From assembly GCA_016196285.1 (NCBI GenBank), contig JACPXY010000004.1, positions 1 through 38,551 of the forward strand: a stretch of 38,551 bases of DNA, given 5' to 3'. The stretch is from Candidatus Pacearchaeota archaeon (GTDB lineage: Archaea > Nanobdellota > Nanobdellia > Pacearchaeales > GW2011-AR1). The notes under the pieces were generated by a model. That model ran no database searches. It had not been told where the DNA came from and saw nothing but the letters and a program-made list of their open reading frames with translations. Position numbers and translations under genes: made by a program. This document shows positions 18,964-28,331 of this stretch, one piece after another; the stretch's first letter is position 1, and each line of letters opens with the position of its first letter.

Positions 18964-19599
18964 TTAAAAGTCTTTCCACATGCGGAAAAGCCGGACAAGC
19001 GCCTCTGTAATAGGTCTCAATTCAACTTGTTCTTCTTGCTCGTTCTGTTCGAGAACATATTTGCCTGTCGTCTTTGAGATATATAATGGCCTCAAAGGGA
19101 AATAAGGATCCATTGTACCTTTCGGTGTATTCGTCAGAAAACATGGACGAACTGCTTCTTCGTAGAATCCATTTCTTTCAGGAACAGGAGTAAGGAGATA
19201 CAAGCAAGTTCTCCACTCTGCATCTACCTTGCCGCCATAGGACGAAGCCAGATTCTGATAATACTGCAGCATTTTCTCAGCAATTTCTTTAACAGATAAT
19301 GATTTCTCGGAGATTTCTTGAAGAGCATTTCTCTTTACCATGACTGGATCAATTTCTGCACCTGCAATGAAAAAGCCGGAATCATCAGTAAGTATGGGTA
19401 GTGGAGTGAGTGCTGACAAAATGCGGGCTTTCTTCATTGCATTTTCTCTAAGCGTCTTTCCATCTTCTTCAACATCAAACTTCTGTATGCCAATATCCTG
19501 GGGAGTGAGGAGCACGAACGGAGCACCTGCCGAAGAGATAAGCATTTGCATGCGTTTCAATTTCGCCTGATTATTGGAAGCAAAAACCACTTCATGCAT
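18964..19599 (-). CDS. Ham1/RdgB family non-canonical purine NTP pyrophosphatase, divergent
   Basis: VVFASNNQAK, VEEDGKTLRENAMKKA, TDDSGF; the C-terminal SHR motif is absent. Confidence 0.8.
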   Translation of the reverse strand: MHEVVFASNNQAKLKRMQMLISSAGAPFVLLTPQDIGIQKFDVEEDGKTLRENAMKKARILSALTPLPILTDDSGFFIAGAEIDPVMVKRNALQEISEKSLSVKEIAEKMLQYYQNLASSYGGKVDAEWRTCLYLLTPVPERNGFYEEAVRPCFLTNTPKGTMDPYFPLRPLYISKTTGKYVLEQNEQEEQVELRPITEALVRLFRMWKDF

Positions 19600-19620
19600 C
19601 ACGCTCGCAGCGCGTGTGGT

Positions 19621-19662
19621 AATGAAGAACCCAGCCGCAGCAAGCTGCGGGGTAAACCCCAG
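19621..19662 (-). mobile_element. Minimal hairpin element (E)
   Basis: AATGAAGAACCC-AG-CCGCAGC-AA-GCTGCGG-GGTAAACCCC; shares the TGAAGAACC terminus with copies A and B. Confidence 0.65.
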
Positions 19663-19682
19663 TAAGGAATTTAAACCTTGTG

Positions 19683-20036
19683 TTAGAATCCATGAGTAAG
19701 GGATTTTAGAAGACCCTTTTTACGAAGCTGGTTTGCCTGTGATGCATGATACTTGAAGATGACATCGCCCTTGGAATCATCATCTGGCCAAGGCATCACA
19801 AGCACTATATCGTTCGGTCGAAGCCATAATTGTTTCTTGTACTTGCCAGGTACCCTGCAGTTTCTGCTCTTCCCATCAGTAGTTTTGATTTCCATCCGGT
19901 TTCCTCCGTATCGCTGTACAATAATGCCAATCAGTTCGCCTTGGCGTGGCAAACGTACTCTAATGGGCTCCGACTGATCAGGAACCTGTAAAGTCTGTTC
20001 TTGAACCACTTCTTCAAAATCACCATAGTCGACCAT
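19683..20036 (-). CDS. eif1a: Translation initiation factor aIF-1A
   Basis: RVRLPR.GE, YGGNRM, DGKSRNCRVPGK.KKQLW, KGDVIFKY. Confidence 0.95.
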   Translation of the reverse strand: MVDYGDFEEVVQEQTLQVPDQSEPIRVRLPRQGELIGIIVQRYGGNRMEIKTTDGKSRNCRVPGKYKKQLWLRPNDIVLVMPWPDDDSKGDVIFKYHASQANQLRKKGLLKSLTHGF

Positions 20037-20072
20037 CTATCTATGCACAAAAGAGTATTTTTAAACCTATAG

Positions 20073-20855
20073 CTAAGATGACTTGAGTTCGAGGTATAGG
20101 TGTTTAAGGAAGAGAACACCTATGGGAAGCGTTATCGAGCTCATAACAGTTTTAACAATAACACCTAATATGCTATTGACAATAAATAAGCTTATAGAAA
20201 TACCAGTTCCCTGAAGATTCGCCAAGAGGATAGGGATGCCAGTAGGAAGCATGAGGAGTGAACCTGCCAAGGAGATTCCTCCAAGAATTAGAAAGAAGAC
20301 AATAATGCAGCCAAATGTGCGCCACCATCGTCCGCGCACCAATTGAAAGCTAGTACTGAGCGAAGCAAATATGCTTGTCTGCTCAGTAAAGAAAATATAT
20401 GCTGCAGCACTCCAGAATACTGTAAAGATTATGCCTGGGATAATGAGCAAAAGATAGAGAAGAGTCAAGAAGATACCGGTAACAATACAGAAACCGAGAA
20501 ATCTCCAGAATGTTGTACGCCCGAAGCGGGCAAGAGAATTGTATGCTTTCTTGTCTGTACTGACGCTCGCGCTAATTAGTGCACTATAAATGAATAATAT
20601 GAACATAATTAAGACAATTCCTAATATGCTCATGCTCACAAAATATAGTGGACTCACATTGAAGAGATTTACAACCTCGTTTGGATTAGGATTAAGGAGA
20701 GTCTCGCGTAGAGAAGGATCGCTAAGCGTCCAGATATTTGTAACTAATGTAATAATAAGAAAAGGTATACCGAAGAAGATAAGAATAAATAAGAAAAAGC
20801 GTCGAAAATTAGCTCGATACTCATCCCAGCTTCGCTGGAGAATATGCTCTAACAT
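20073..20855 (-). CDS. Polytopic membrane protein (BPSS1780/GDPD-anchor-like)
   Basis: LLLIIPGIIF...SLSTSFQLVRGRWWRTFG...LYLEL. Confidence 0.7.
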   Translation of the reverse strand: MLEHILQRSWDEYRANFRRFFLFILIFFGIPFLIITLVTNIWTLSDPSLRETLLNPNPNEVVNLFNVSPLYFVSMSILGIVLIMFILFIYSALISASVSTDKKAYNSLARFGRTTFWRFLGFCIVTGIFLTLLYLLLIIPGIIFTVFWSAAAYIFFTEQTSIFASLSTSFQLVRGRWWRTFGCIIVFFLILGGISLAGSLLMLPTGIPILLANLQGTGISISLFIVNSILGVIVKTVMSSITLPIGVLFLKHLYLELKSS

Positions 20856-20921
20856 ATTTCTTCATGCTCAATATGCTATTTAAAGCTATAGTTTATATAC
20901 CTTCAAAACAAAAAAAGGAGA

Positions 20922-21176
20922 ATGAAAAAGGCACGGCAGTCCAAATCACAGGTAGTTTCTCAAGGCCTCGCAATTGCAGCGCTTATTCTGAATATCCTAA
21001 TTCTTCCTGGCTTGGGAACCTTGATTGCAGGCAGAATTAAAACCGGAGTGATACAGCTCGTCATTGCACTAATCTCCATTCCTCTAATGTTCCTCATTAT
21101 CGGAATCCCTATATTCCTTATTGTCTGGATCTGGGGAATAGTCACTGCAGTAAACTTGATTAAGGAAGCGAAGTAG
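20922..21176 (+). CDS. Small membrane protein (TM2-like)
   Basis: LNILILPGLGTLIAG..KTGVIQL; 2-3 TM. Confidence 0.7.
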   Translation: MKKARQSKSQVVSQGLAIAALILNILILPGLGTLIAGRIKTGVIQLVIALISIPLMFLIIGIPIFLIVWIWGIVTAVNLIKEAK

Positions 21177-21214
21177 CAGACAACTCTTAAATACCTCACT
21201 TTCCTCATAGAATA

Positions 21215-21727
21215 ATGATTCACGCTTATCTCTCCGGAGACCATATCAACTCAAACGCGAGTGCTGCATTCTCCCTATATGATAAATCTCTCTTTGGTGA
21301 GAAGCGTGGGCAGGTTATTGAATATGCTCCTATAGAAACACTCTATCTAGTACGGGAAGGGTTGATGAGGGTCTTATCAGGCAGCAAGGAGCTCTCCTAT
21401 GATGCTTTATTGCTAAAGTTGAAGAGAAAAGATGCGCGTCTTGGCATGAAATCAGAGGTATTCCATCAGCTAAGAAAGAAAGGATACATAGTGAAAACAG
21501 CGCTGAAGTTCGGGGCAGATTTCCGTATCTATGATAAGGGAGTCAGGCCAGGAAAAGAACATGCTCGCTGGTTGCTTACCTGCTTCAAGGCACATGACAA
21601 AGTAAACTGGCATGACCTTGCTGCGAAATTGCGTGTAGCACATTCTACAAAGAAGAAACTAGTGCTTGCCATAATTGATGAAGAATCATCAGTCTCATAC
21701 TACGAATCCGGCTGGCTCAAGCTCTAG
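21215..21727 (+). CDS. endA: tRNA-splicing endonuclease (single-unit, alpha4-type size)
   Basis: LRKKGYIVKTALKFGADFRIY, catalytic Y/H/K (GKEHA, RVAHSTKKK). Confidence 0.93.
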   Translation: MIHAYLSGDHINSNASAAFSLYDKSLFGEKRGQVIEYAPIETLYLVREGLMRVLSGSKELSYDALLLKLKRKDARLGMKSEVFHQLRKKGYIVKTALKFGADFRIYDKGVRPGKEHARWLLTCFKAHDKVNWHDLAAKLRVAHSTKKKLVLAIIDEESSVSYYESGWLKL

Positions 21728-21783
21728 TAACACCTTCCCAGTAATACGGGAATGTTTATAACATTCCTCCTTTTTCTAAATGC

Positions 21784-22719
21784 ATGCCCCTAGATACATA
21801 TACACTTCAGCGCACAAAGGATCAGATACTCTCATTCATCAGATCCCGTGGACCAAGTCTGCCAGTGCATATCGCCAGGGATGCGAAACTTGAACCTCTC
21901 TTTGCTTCTGCATTCCTCTCAGAACTCTATCGAGAACAGAAATTACTGATGTCGCACCTGAAAGTAGGTAGTTCTTCGCTCTATCTCATTCCAGGACAAG
22001 AAGCGATGCTTGAGAATTTTATCCAGTTCCTAAATCAGAAAGAACAGGAAGCATTCCATGGGTTGAGAAAAGAAAAGATAATTTTGGATGAGCAGCTGCA
22101 GCCTGCAATCAGGGTGGCGATGCGGGCTATCAAAGACTTCGCTATCCCAATTCAGGTAATCTTGAACAACACCCAGAAATTATTCTGGAAATACGCATTC
22201 ATGCCTGATACAGAGGTTCCTGAGCTGCTGAGAAAGCACACATCCTCCAATTCACAAGCACTTGTAAGTATACCGGCGATTGAAGTAAATAAGGAAGTTG
22301 AAAAGACGGAACCTGCGCCTTTGATGCATCTGCAAGAAAGCAAGATAGAAGAACCCCTGCAAACTGAGAAACCAAAGAAGAAAACAAGGAGAACAAAACA
22401 AGAAGACTTGGTCTTCACTACAAGCCTTCGCGAATATCTCTCAGCAAAAGACATTGAGATTCTCCAAGTGATTGAAGAGAAGAAAAAGGAATTGTATGCA
22501 AAAATTAGGATTAACGACCTATTCGGCAAGCAGGAATACTATCTTATCGCCAAGGACAGGAAGAAAGTAAAAGAAGAGGACCTAACCCTTGTATTGCACA
22601 AGGCTCAGCAGGAACGCATGCTTGCCCTTTTCATGGCACCAGGAGAATTAGATAAAAAAGCCATTGAATTCATCAAAGATTACAGGAATTTAGTCAAGTT
22701 TGAAAGGTTGAAATTTTAG
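21784..22719 (+). CDS. Hypothetical protein with N-terminal winged helix
   Basis: ILSFIRSRGPSLPVHIAR...FASAFLSEL...KVGSSSLY; linker; alpha/beta C-terminal domain. Confidence 0.7.
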   Translation: MPLDTYTLQRTKDQILSFIRSRGPSLPVHIARDAKLEPLFASAFLSELYREQKLLMSHLKVGSSSLYLIPGQEAMLENFIQFLNQKEQEAFHGLRKEKIILDEQLQPAIRVAMRAIKDFAIPIQVILNNTQKLFWKYAFMPDTEVPELLRKHTSSNSQALVSIPAIEVNKEVEKTEPAPLMHLQESKIEEPLQTEKPKKKTRRTKQEDLVFTTSLREYLSAKDIEILQVIEEKKKELYAKIRINDLFGKQEYYLIAKDRKKVKEEDLTLVLHKAQQERMLALFMAPGELDKKAIEFIKDYRNLVKFERLKF

Positions 22720-22766
22720 TCTCTATCACAACTAACTTTAAATACCAGTTTTGAGGAGGAAAAGAG

Positions 22767-23060
22767 ATGTCAAAAAGAACAGTTTACTTTGGACCGCCAG
22801 CAGGCAGGTATGAATCTGCTTCCTTTCCTGCATTTGTGCAACAGATCTCCGAGAAATTGGCAGACCAGGGCAGATGCAATGAAGAACACCATGGTCCGCA
22901 CAGCATCACCTATCATTTCCCAGACGCAGGGTTGGGCATCACTTATGCACGGATCAATGAACATCGCTGCATAGTTGACATAATGGGCTCGTCGTCACTT
23001 CTCGAAGAGATGACTTCATTCATTTTCGCAGAAGATAACAAACCTGCTCAAAAAGCTTAA
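22767..23060 (+). CDS. Hypothetical protein
   Basis: 97-aa ORF with TATA at about -29 and GAGGA upstream. Confidence 0.6.
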   Translation: MSKRTVYFGPPAGRYESASFPAFVQQISEKLADQGRCNEEHHGPHSITYHFPDAGLGITYARINEHRCIVDIMGSSSLLEEMTSFIFAEDNKPAQKA

Positions 23061-23086
23061 ATACCCTCTTCCTCAACCTTCTTAAG

Positions 23087-23323
23087 ATGGGACGCATAAA
23101 ATCACTAATGGTCAAAAGAGCAGCTCGTCAGCTGCTGGTGCAGAAGCCAGAGCAGTTCACTGAGAGCTTCACGTACAACAAACAGGTGCTGGGAAGGAAC
23201 ATGCCGAGCATTCCTATTCGGAATAAAATAGCGGGATATATAGCCCGTCTTGTCAAGATGCGCAGAATCGAGAAGGAAAAACCAGCTCCAGCGCCTGTTG
23301 TAGAAGTACAGGAAGCAATATAA
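23087..23323 (+). CDS. rps17e: 30S ribosomal protein S17e
   Basis: MGRIKSLMVKRAA...F..NK...IRNKIAGYI. Confidence 0.95.
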   Translation: MGRIKSLMVKRAARQLLVQKPEQFTESFTYNKQVLGRNMPSIPIRNKIAGYIARLVKMRRIEKEKPAPAPVVEVQEAI

Positions 23324-23551
23324 TCATCTTTTCTTGAGAATATTATCAATCTTACGCTCAATGCGCACCATATCTTTCTTTATCTCGTAAACTTCCTGCA
23401 TTCTCTTTCGGTTATAGTAGAAAGAGATTGACTGAAATATAATCCATACTATTATTATTGCACCAACAGCCTGAAGCCATAGTGCTATCTCTCCAAGACT
23501 GCCTAAAACTCCTGGAAGATCTGCCGCCTCTTCAGAGATATTAACCGCCAT
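23324..23551 (-). CDS. Small single-TM hypothetical protein
   Basis: One TM plus a coiled-coil tail (IERKID). Confidence 0.65.
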   Translation of the reverse strand: MAVNISEEAADLPGVLGSLGEIALWLQAVGAIIIVWIIFQSISFYYNRKRMQEVYEIKKDMVRIERKIDNILKKR

Positions 23552-23622
23552 ATATCACATAAGAGAAAACTCCTTATAATCTTTTCCAACAGCCTTAAAA
23601 ACCCTCCTGGGTTTTCAGATTC

Positions 23623-23694
23623 GGCGGTATAGCTCAGTGGTAGAGCACTGCTCTCATAAGGCAGGGGTCCCGAGTTCAATTCTCGGTACCGCCA
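23623..23694 (+). tRNA. tRNA with CAT anticodon (elongator Met most likely; Ile2 not excluded)
   Basis: Acceptor GGCGGTA/TACCGCC, anticodon arm CTGCT-CTCATAA-GGCAG, TTCAA T-loop; no initiator hallmarks; no encoded CCA. Confidence 0.92.
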
Positions 23695-24183
23695 TCATCT
23701 TTTCCACTCAATCTTCTCGCCCTTCTTCAGATGCTTATCGAGAGTCTCCAATTCTTCATAAATCCCTTCAATCAAGGCGTACTGTTTGGCTTCTTCTAAG
23801 TCAACCCATTTATAATCACTCAGAGCCGTGCACAACTGCACTACATCACTTTGAACCTCGGCATACAGGCTTACAATTAAACAAGGAATGCCATCGCTTC
23901 GTATATAGACTAAGCTTGTAACATAGCCGAGTGCATCTACTGCAAGACCTGTCTCTTCCAGCACTTCTCGTCTAGCAACATCCTCAAGTACATGGTACCA
24001 ATGTTCACTTGTATCCTTCTTCCTCAATGCATAATCAAGTACCTTTACCTTCCCTCCAGGCACTGTCCACTTCCCTGGAAACGCCTTCTCCCATTCCGCT
24101 CGCTTGGCTATAAGATATCTCCCTTCTTTAACAGGAATAACCGTAACAACGATATAATGCGCTTGATCCCTGTCATAAGTCAT
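23695..24183 (-). CDS. NUDIX hydrolase
   Basis: FPGKWTVPGG...ARREVLEETGL with an insertion inside the Nudix box. Confidence 0.9.
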   Translation of the reverse strand: MTYDRDQAHYIVVTVIPVKEGRYLIAKRAEWEKAFPGKWTVPGGKVKVLDYALRKKDTSEHWYHVLEDVARREVLEETGLAVDALGYVTSLVYIRSDGIPCLIVSLYAEVQSDVVQLCTALSDYKWVDLEEAKQYALIEGIYEELETLDKHLKKGEKIEWKR

Positions 24184-24235
24184 GAATTCCCTAGTATGAA
24201 AACCTATTTAAAGAAGAGCTCAAGAAAATTGACTA

Positions 24236-24832
24236 ATGAAAGACGAAATAGTATCCTTGTTTGCTTATGACAAAAGTCTCAGCTTTACTGAGATAAAGAA
24301 TAAGATTGGAGAGCGCTCAAGCCATGTTGCCTACTGGCTGAAAAAGTTGCTGCAAGAGAAGATTATACGAAAAAGCGAATTAGTATATCAGTTGACAGAA
24401 GAATCAGAGCACAATATACCCTATCTTTCGCGTTCAAGATCAGCCCTTCCCGTAGTGCTTGTCCATCTGGGAGATGCACAAAAAGCCTTCTTAAGTAAGA
24501 GGAAGAAGAGGCCATATAAAGGATTGCTCGGTCTGCCTGGAGGAAGAGTGCTAGTAGGAGAATCAATCGAGCAGGCAGCAGTAAGAATAATGAAGAGCAA
24601 GCACGGAATTAGTATCGCTAATCCTCGTATCGAAGGTATTGCACTCGAGCACATGCTCCGAGATACTCCGCTCCATACATTTGTGCTCTTTCTTGTCAAG
24701 GCACAGACAAAAGATATCATACCCTATACTGCGCTGAAGAATACTCGCCGAATAATAAAAAGCGATTATGCATTATTGAAAGACAAGAGACAGAGAATCC
24801 GCATGCCGATGCTCAACTCAGTCTATGCATAA
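24236..24832 (+). CDS. wHTH-NUDIX fusion protein (probable regulator)
   Basis: N-terminal LSFTEIK..IGERSSHVAYWLKKL; Nudix box GGRVLVGESIEQAAVRIMKSKHGI lacks the catalytic Glu residues. Confidence 0.8.
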   Translation: MKDEIVSLFAYDKSLSFTEIKNKIGERSSHVAYWLKKLLQEKIIRKSELVYQLTEESEHNIPYLSRSRSALPVVLVHLGDAQKAFLSKRKKRPYKGLLGLPGGRVLVGESIEQAAVRIMKSKHGISIANPRIEGIALEHMLRDTPLHTFVLFLVKAQTKDIIPYTALKNTRRIIKSDYALLKDKRQRIRMPMLNSVYA

Positions 24833-24899
24833 ATAAGATGTAACCACTTAAAAAGTACAATGATAAAAAAGCTTAAATAAGTCTGCATGTTCTAATGAT

Positions 24900-26162
24900 G
24901 TGGCACGCACACTCTTACTGACAAAGATACGAGAAGCTGCAGAACGAGTTAAAGCTAGGAGAAGAATATACCTGCAGAAAGATGTTGCAAAAGAAGCAGG
25001 ATGTTCACTCTCATCGGTATGCGCAGCACTGAACAGCGGGATGCTTTCGCTTAAATCAGTTAATGAGCAAAGAAGAGAATACCTAGCACATATGCTGAAA
25101 AAAGGAGCTCCCCTCTATGAGATTGCATTGAGGGGAGGCCTAGGACTCAATACACTCTATCAATATCTATACACTGAAGAGGTGAATATCCTTGCACTTC
25201 AAATGCCTTTTAGAGATTCAGAAGAAGTCTCTGCACTGATTAAAAGACTCGTACAGGAAGGAAATGAGGAAGTCAGTCGGCTTGCAGAATATGTGTTGAA
25301 AGGTTTAACCTCTCAGCAGATGGGTGATGAAACAGGTGAAACACGTGAAAGCGCCAGGAGAAAGATATGTGCCTTAGGATTGCATACCATTTGGAGAGAG
25401 CAGGAAAAGAGAACATCTAAAAAACTACGTCTTCGAGAAGAGCGGACAGAGATAGCAAGTCTGCTCGAAAAGAGAGTTAAGTATTTGCTTGCTGATCCTG
25501 CGCTCTCTTGGGCTGAGCGGACCGCCTACGAATATAATCTTAAGTCGCAGCTTGGACTTTCAGTACGGGCAATTGCTCATGAAAAACTCGTCAGATTCTT
25601 CTCGCTCTATGAAGAGGCACGGAAAAAAGGAATAGAGATAACATTGGAATATGCTGCTAAAGAAGCCGGTTTCGCAAGAGGCGCACCAGAAGCAGGCCGG
25701 ATTTTAGCACGAATGAATCTTCCCGCATTTCATCCTTACCGGCTATTCCCTGAAAAAGTGCAGGCATTGAAGAAAACAGTAAAATTGGGCTTCCTCAGCT
25801 TAAGAGATATAGCTTATCTTTCTGGAATAAACACAGGTACATTAGGAGAGCATCAGATAAGAACAACTGCTAAAGGGAAGAAACGTCTGCATACAAAGGG
25901 CACTGGAAAGAGTAGAACAGAATTAACATATAGGAAAGCAAGCCGAATCTACCAAGCCATAGACTTAGGATTTTCAAGAGAAGAGACAGCGTTTGTATGC
26001 GATACAACTCAGGACATAGTCTCCTATGCACTCAACCATAAGAGAGAGATCGCTCCGCAAATCATCAAAGCTCTCCAAGTAATCTATCCTGTTATCAAGG
26101 TAACAAAACCCTACAGCACATTCGATGCATCAGCGAACAAGTATAAAGTTACTGCAGAGTAA
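24900..26162 (+). CDS. Multi-HTH hypothetical DNA-binding protein
   Basis: Several HTH-like segments (QKDVAKEAGCSLSSV; YEIALRGGLGLNTL; SQQMGDETGETRESAR; LRDIAYLSGINTGTL; REETAFVCDTTQDIV). Confidence 0.65.
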   Translation: MARTLLLTKIREAAERVKARRRIYLQKDVAKEAGCSLSSVCAALNSGMLSLKSVNEQRREYLAHMLKKGAPLYEIALRGGLGLNTLYQYLYTEEVNILALQMPFRDSEEVSALIKRLVQEGNEEVSRLAEYVLKGLTSQQMGDETGETRESARRKICALGLHTIWREQEKRTSKKLRLREERTEIASLLEKRVKYLLADPALSWAERTAYEYNLKSQLGLSVRAIAHEKLVRFFSLYEEARKKGIEITLEYAAKEAGFARGAPEAGRILARMNLPAFHPYRLFPEKVQALKKTVKLGFLSLRDIAYLSGINTGTLGEHQIRTTAKGKKRLHTKGTGKSRTELTYRKASRIYQAIDLGFSREETAFVCDTTQDIVSYALNHKREIAPQIIKALQVIYPVIKVTKPYSTFDASANKYKVTAE

Positions 26163-26541
26163 TCTTCTTCAACACATCCTCAGCTTCCCCCTTTGCATAG
26201 GTCTTTGTCGGCCAGAAGTTAGCCATGCCATCCTCCTTGTATCGAGGAACGAGGTGTACATGCACGTGAGGCACATCTAATCCGATAATGGAAACAGCAA
26301 CGAAGTCTGCCTGTAATCTTTCCTTGAGATGCACCTGCAGTTTTTTGACCACAGAAAAGATTTTGGGGACAACAGCATCAGGAGTCTCACTTAAGCTGGA
26401 ATAATGCTGCTTCGGAATGACTAGTGTGTGTCCTGGATTGACGGGATTTAAATCCAGAAAAGCACATATCTGTTCATCTTCATACAAAATATAAGCTGAA
26501 ACCTCGTGCTGTGCAATTTTACAGAAGATGCACTCCATCAA
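26149..26541 (-). CDS. HIT family nucleotide hydrolase
   Basis: CIFCKI, PGHTLVIPK, VPHVHVHLVPR. Confidence 0.95.
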   Translation of the reverse strand: MMECIFCKIAQHEVSAYILYEDEQICAFLDLNPVNPGHTLVIPKQHYSSLSETPDAVVPKIFSVVKKLQVHLKERLQADFVAVSIIGLDVPHVHVHLVPRYKEDGMANFWPTKTYAKGEAEDVLKKITLQ

Positions 26542-26542
26542 T

Positions 26543-27349
26543 TCAGATAAACAGCGAACTATAAAAGCTTTCCTTCAAGAGCTGCCGGTTAACCTGCTCT
26601 CGTGAGAAACTAGTAGCGAAGAGCCGATGAAGGAATGAAGGACGTTCATTCATGCCAGTAAGTGCTGCATTCAATGACTTGATTTCACGGGCAAACCTGC
26701 TGTTTCCTTTATACACTGCAGCAGGTATCCGTGTAAAGACTGCCCTGCCATGAATTTTGCTATCAGGAAGCTTGGCAACAACGGGAATGCCTGTCGCATG
26801 CTCTATAGTCTCTATCTCAAGTTCATAATGAGGATCCCGTACCTTATTCACCACAATACCTGCAATTGGTCTGCCGCGCTGTCGTGCGAGATGCGCTGCA
26901 CGAACTGAACACTGTAGGGTCGGTTCATCAGGAGTCGACACAACAAGCAGAGCATCTGATGCCAGGATTGTGGCAAGCATTTCATCATTAAGATTCGGAG
27001 ACGAGTCAAGAACAATGTAATCATAATGGCTCTTTATTTTAGCGAGTTTATCCTTCAGCTTTAGAGGATTAATGTCATACAGATAAAAACCGTTGCCGGG
27101 CATTACATCAACTCCATACCTGCTGTAAATCGCGGATAATACGTGCGCTTTTCCTGCGAGCACATCATGTATCGTGCGCTTCGGATCAGTTACATCCATA
27201 TGGACACCCAGAGTCGGGGATGAAAAGTTAGCATCAACCAGCAGAACTTTCTTGCCATAGGTATTTGCAAGGTCAGTTGCGAGCGAAGACGCTACCGTTG
27301 TCTTGCCCACTCCTCCTTTTATTGAAACAATGCCGAGCGTCCTGCTCAT
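26543..27349 (-). CDS. minD: MinD/ParA family ATPase
   Basis: KGGVGKTT deviant Walker A, VLLVDAN, YDYIVLDSSP, GIVVNKV. Confidence 0.88.
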   Translation of the reverse strand: MSRTLGIVSIKGGVGKTTVASSLATDLANTYGKKVLLVDANFSSPTLGVHMDVTDPKRTIHDVLAGKAHVLSAIYSRYGVDVMPGNGFYLYDINPLKLKDKLAKIKSHYDYIVLDSSPNLNDEMLATILASDALLVVSTPDEPTLQCSVRAAHLARQRGRPIAGIVVNKVRDPHYELEIETIEHATGIPVVAKLPDSKIHGRAVFTRIPAAVYKGNSRFAREIKSLNAALTGMNERPSFLHRLFATSFSREQVNRQLLKESFYSSLFI

Positions 27350-27429
27350 AAGTCCCTCTCAATGTAAAACAGCATAATTCAGTTTAAAACCTTTTCTACA
27401 ATCAGAAGAGATAACGAGTTATCCATAAA

Positions 27430-27500
27430 TGGACCCAGTGAGAATCGAACTCACACCGCTCGACTGCCAGCCGAGCATTCTACCACTGAACTATGGGCCC
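27430..27500 (-). tRNA. tRNA-Ala(GGC)
   Basis: GGGCCCA/TGGGTCC with G3:U70; anticodon arm CTCGG-CTGGCAG-TCGAG; TTCGA. Confidence 0.95.
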
Positions 27501-27532
27501 TTAGATAATTAGAAAAAAAGCAAGTTATAAAT

Positions 27533-28276
27533 CTATTCCAACAGTATCAAAGCAGCCATAACCCCAATTCCAATAATAAAAGCAAGAAGCTGAAGCAAAG
27601 TTGCCCTTATATGATGAGAATGCTTATGCAATTCAGGTATTAAGTCACTTCCTGCGATGTATAGAAATCCTCCAATGGCTAAGGGAATTAAATAACTAAT
27701 CAAGCCTTCAACAGAACTTCCAAGCCATAAAGTAATAACTGCTCCAAGTATTGCAAACAAAGCAGAAGCGAAATTCATTAACAATGCTTTTCTTTTAGAA
27801 AATCCTGCGTGTAATAAGACTCCAAAGTCTCCAATTTCTTGTGGTATCTCATGCAAAGCAACTGCAATAGTAGTTGCAATTCCTGCCGGAATACTAATTA
27901 AATAGCTTCCTGCGATAATGGCTCCGTCAATAAAGTTATGCAATCCGTCTCCAACTAGATTAGTATATGCAAAAGGATGAACATGTTTCTCACTTACAGG
28001 CATATGACAATGTTGCCAATGAATAAATTTCTCCAAGATAAAGAATATAACTATTCCGGCTAATATTGTGAGAGAAGTCTGTAAAGTGAAAGACTCTTCA
28101 ACCAATTCAGGCAGTAAATGAATAAATACATCTCCAAACAAAGCTCCTGCTGAAAAACTGATTAAATAAATCAAAGCAGTTCTAAGTCTTTCATGCTTTA
28201 TTCCTAAAGTAAAAGCTCCGACCAAGCTAATCAAACTGACAATTAAAACACTTAACAGAACATAAATCCATACCAT
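27533..28276 (-). CDS. ZIP family metal (zinc) transporter
   Basis: GDGLHNFIDG, ALHEIPQEIGDFG, His-rich loop, SDLIPEL. Start at ATG 28276. Confidence 0.95.
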   Translation of the reverse strand: MVWIYVLLSVLIVSLISLVGAFTLGIKHERLRTALIYLISFSAGALFGDVFIHLLPELVEESFTLQTSLTILAGIVIFFILEKFIHWQHCHMPVSEKHVHPFAYTNLVGDGLHNFIDGAIIAGSYLISIPAGIATTIAVALHEIPQEIGDFGVLLHAGFSKRKALLMNFASALFAILGAVITLWLGSSVEGLISYLIPLAIGGFLYIAGSDLIPELHKHSHHIRATLLQLLAFIIGIGVMAALILLE

Positions 28277-28306
28277 CAATAAAGCAAAACACAACAATAT
28301 TTAAAG

Positions 28307-28331
28307 CTTATTGATTTTGATTATCAATAAG
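28307..28331. promoter_or_regulatory. Fur-family operator palindrome next to a shared TATA box
   Basis: CTTATTGAT-N7-ATCAATAAG perfect inverted repeat with core TGATTTTGATTATCA; adjoins TTTAAA at 28300-28305. Confidence 0.8.

Noticed and set aside
23637-23921. 94-aa ORF (and 32053-32259)
   Set aside because: Overlap tRNA genes and antisense CDSs; spurious
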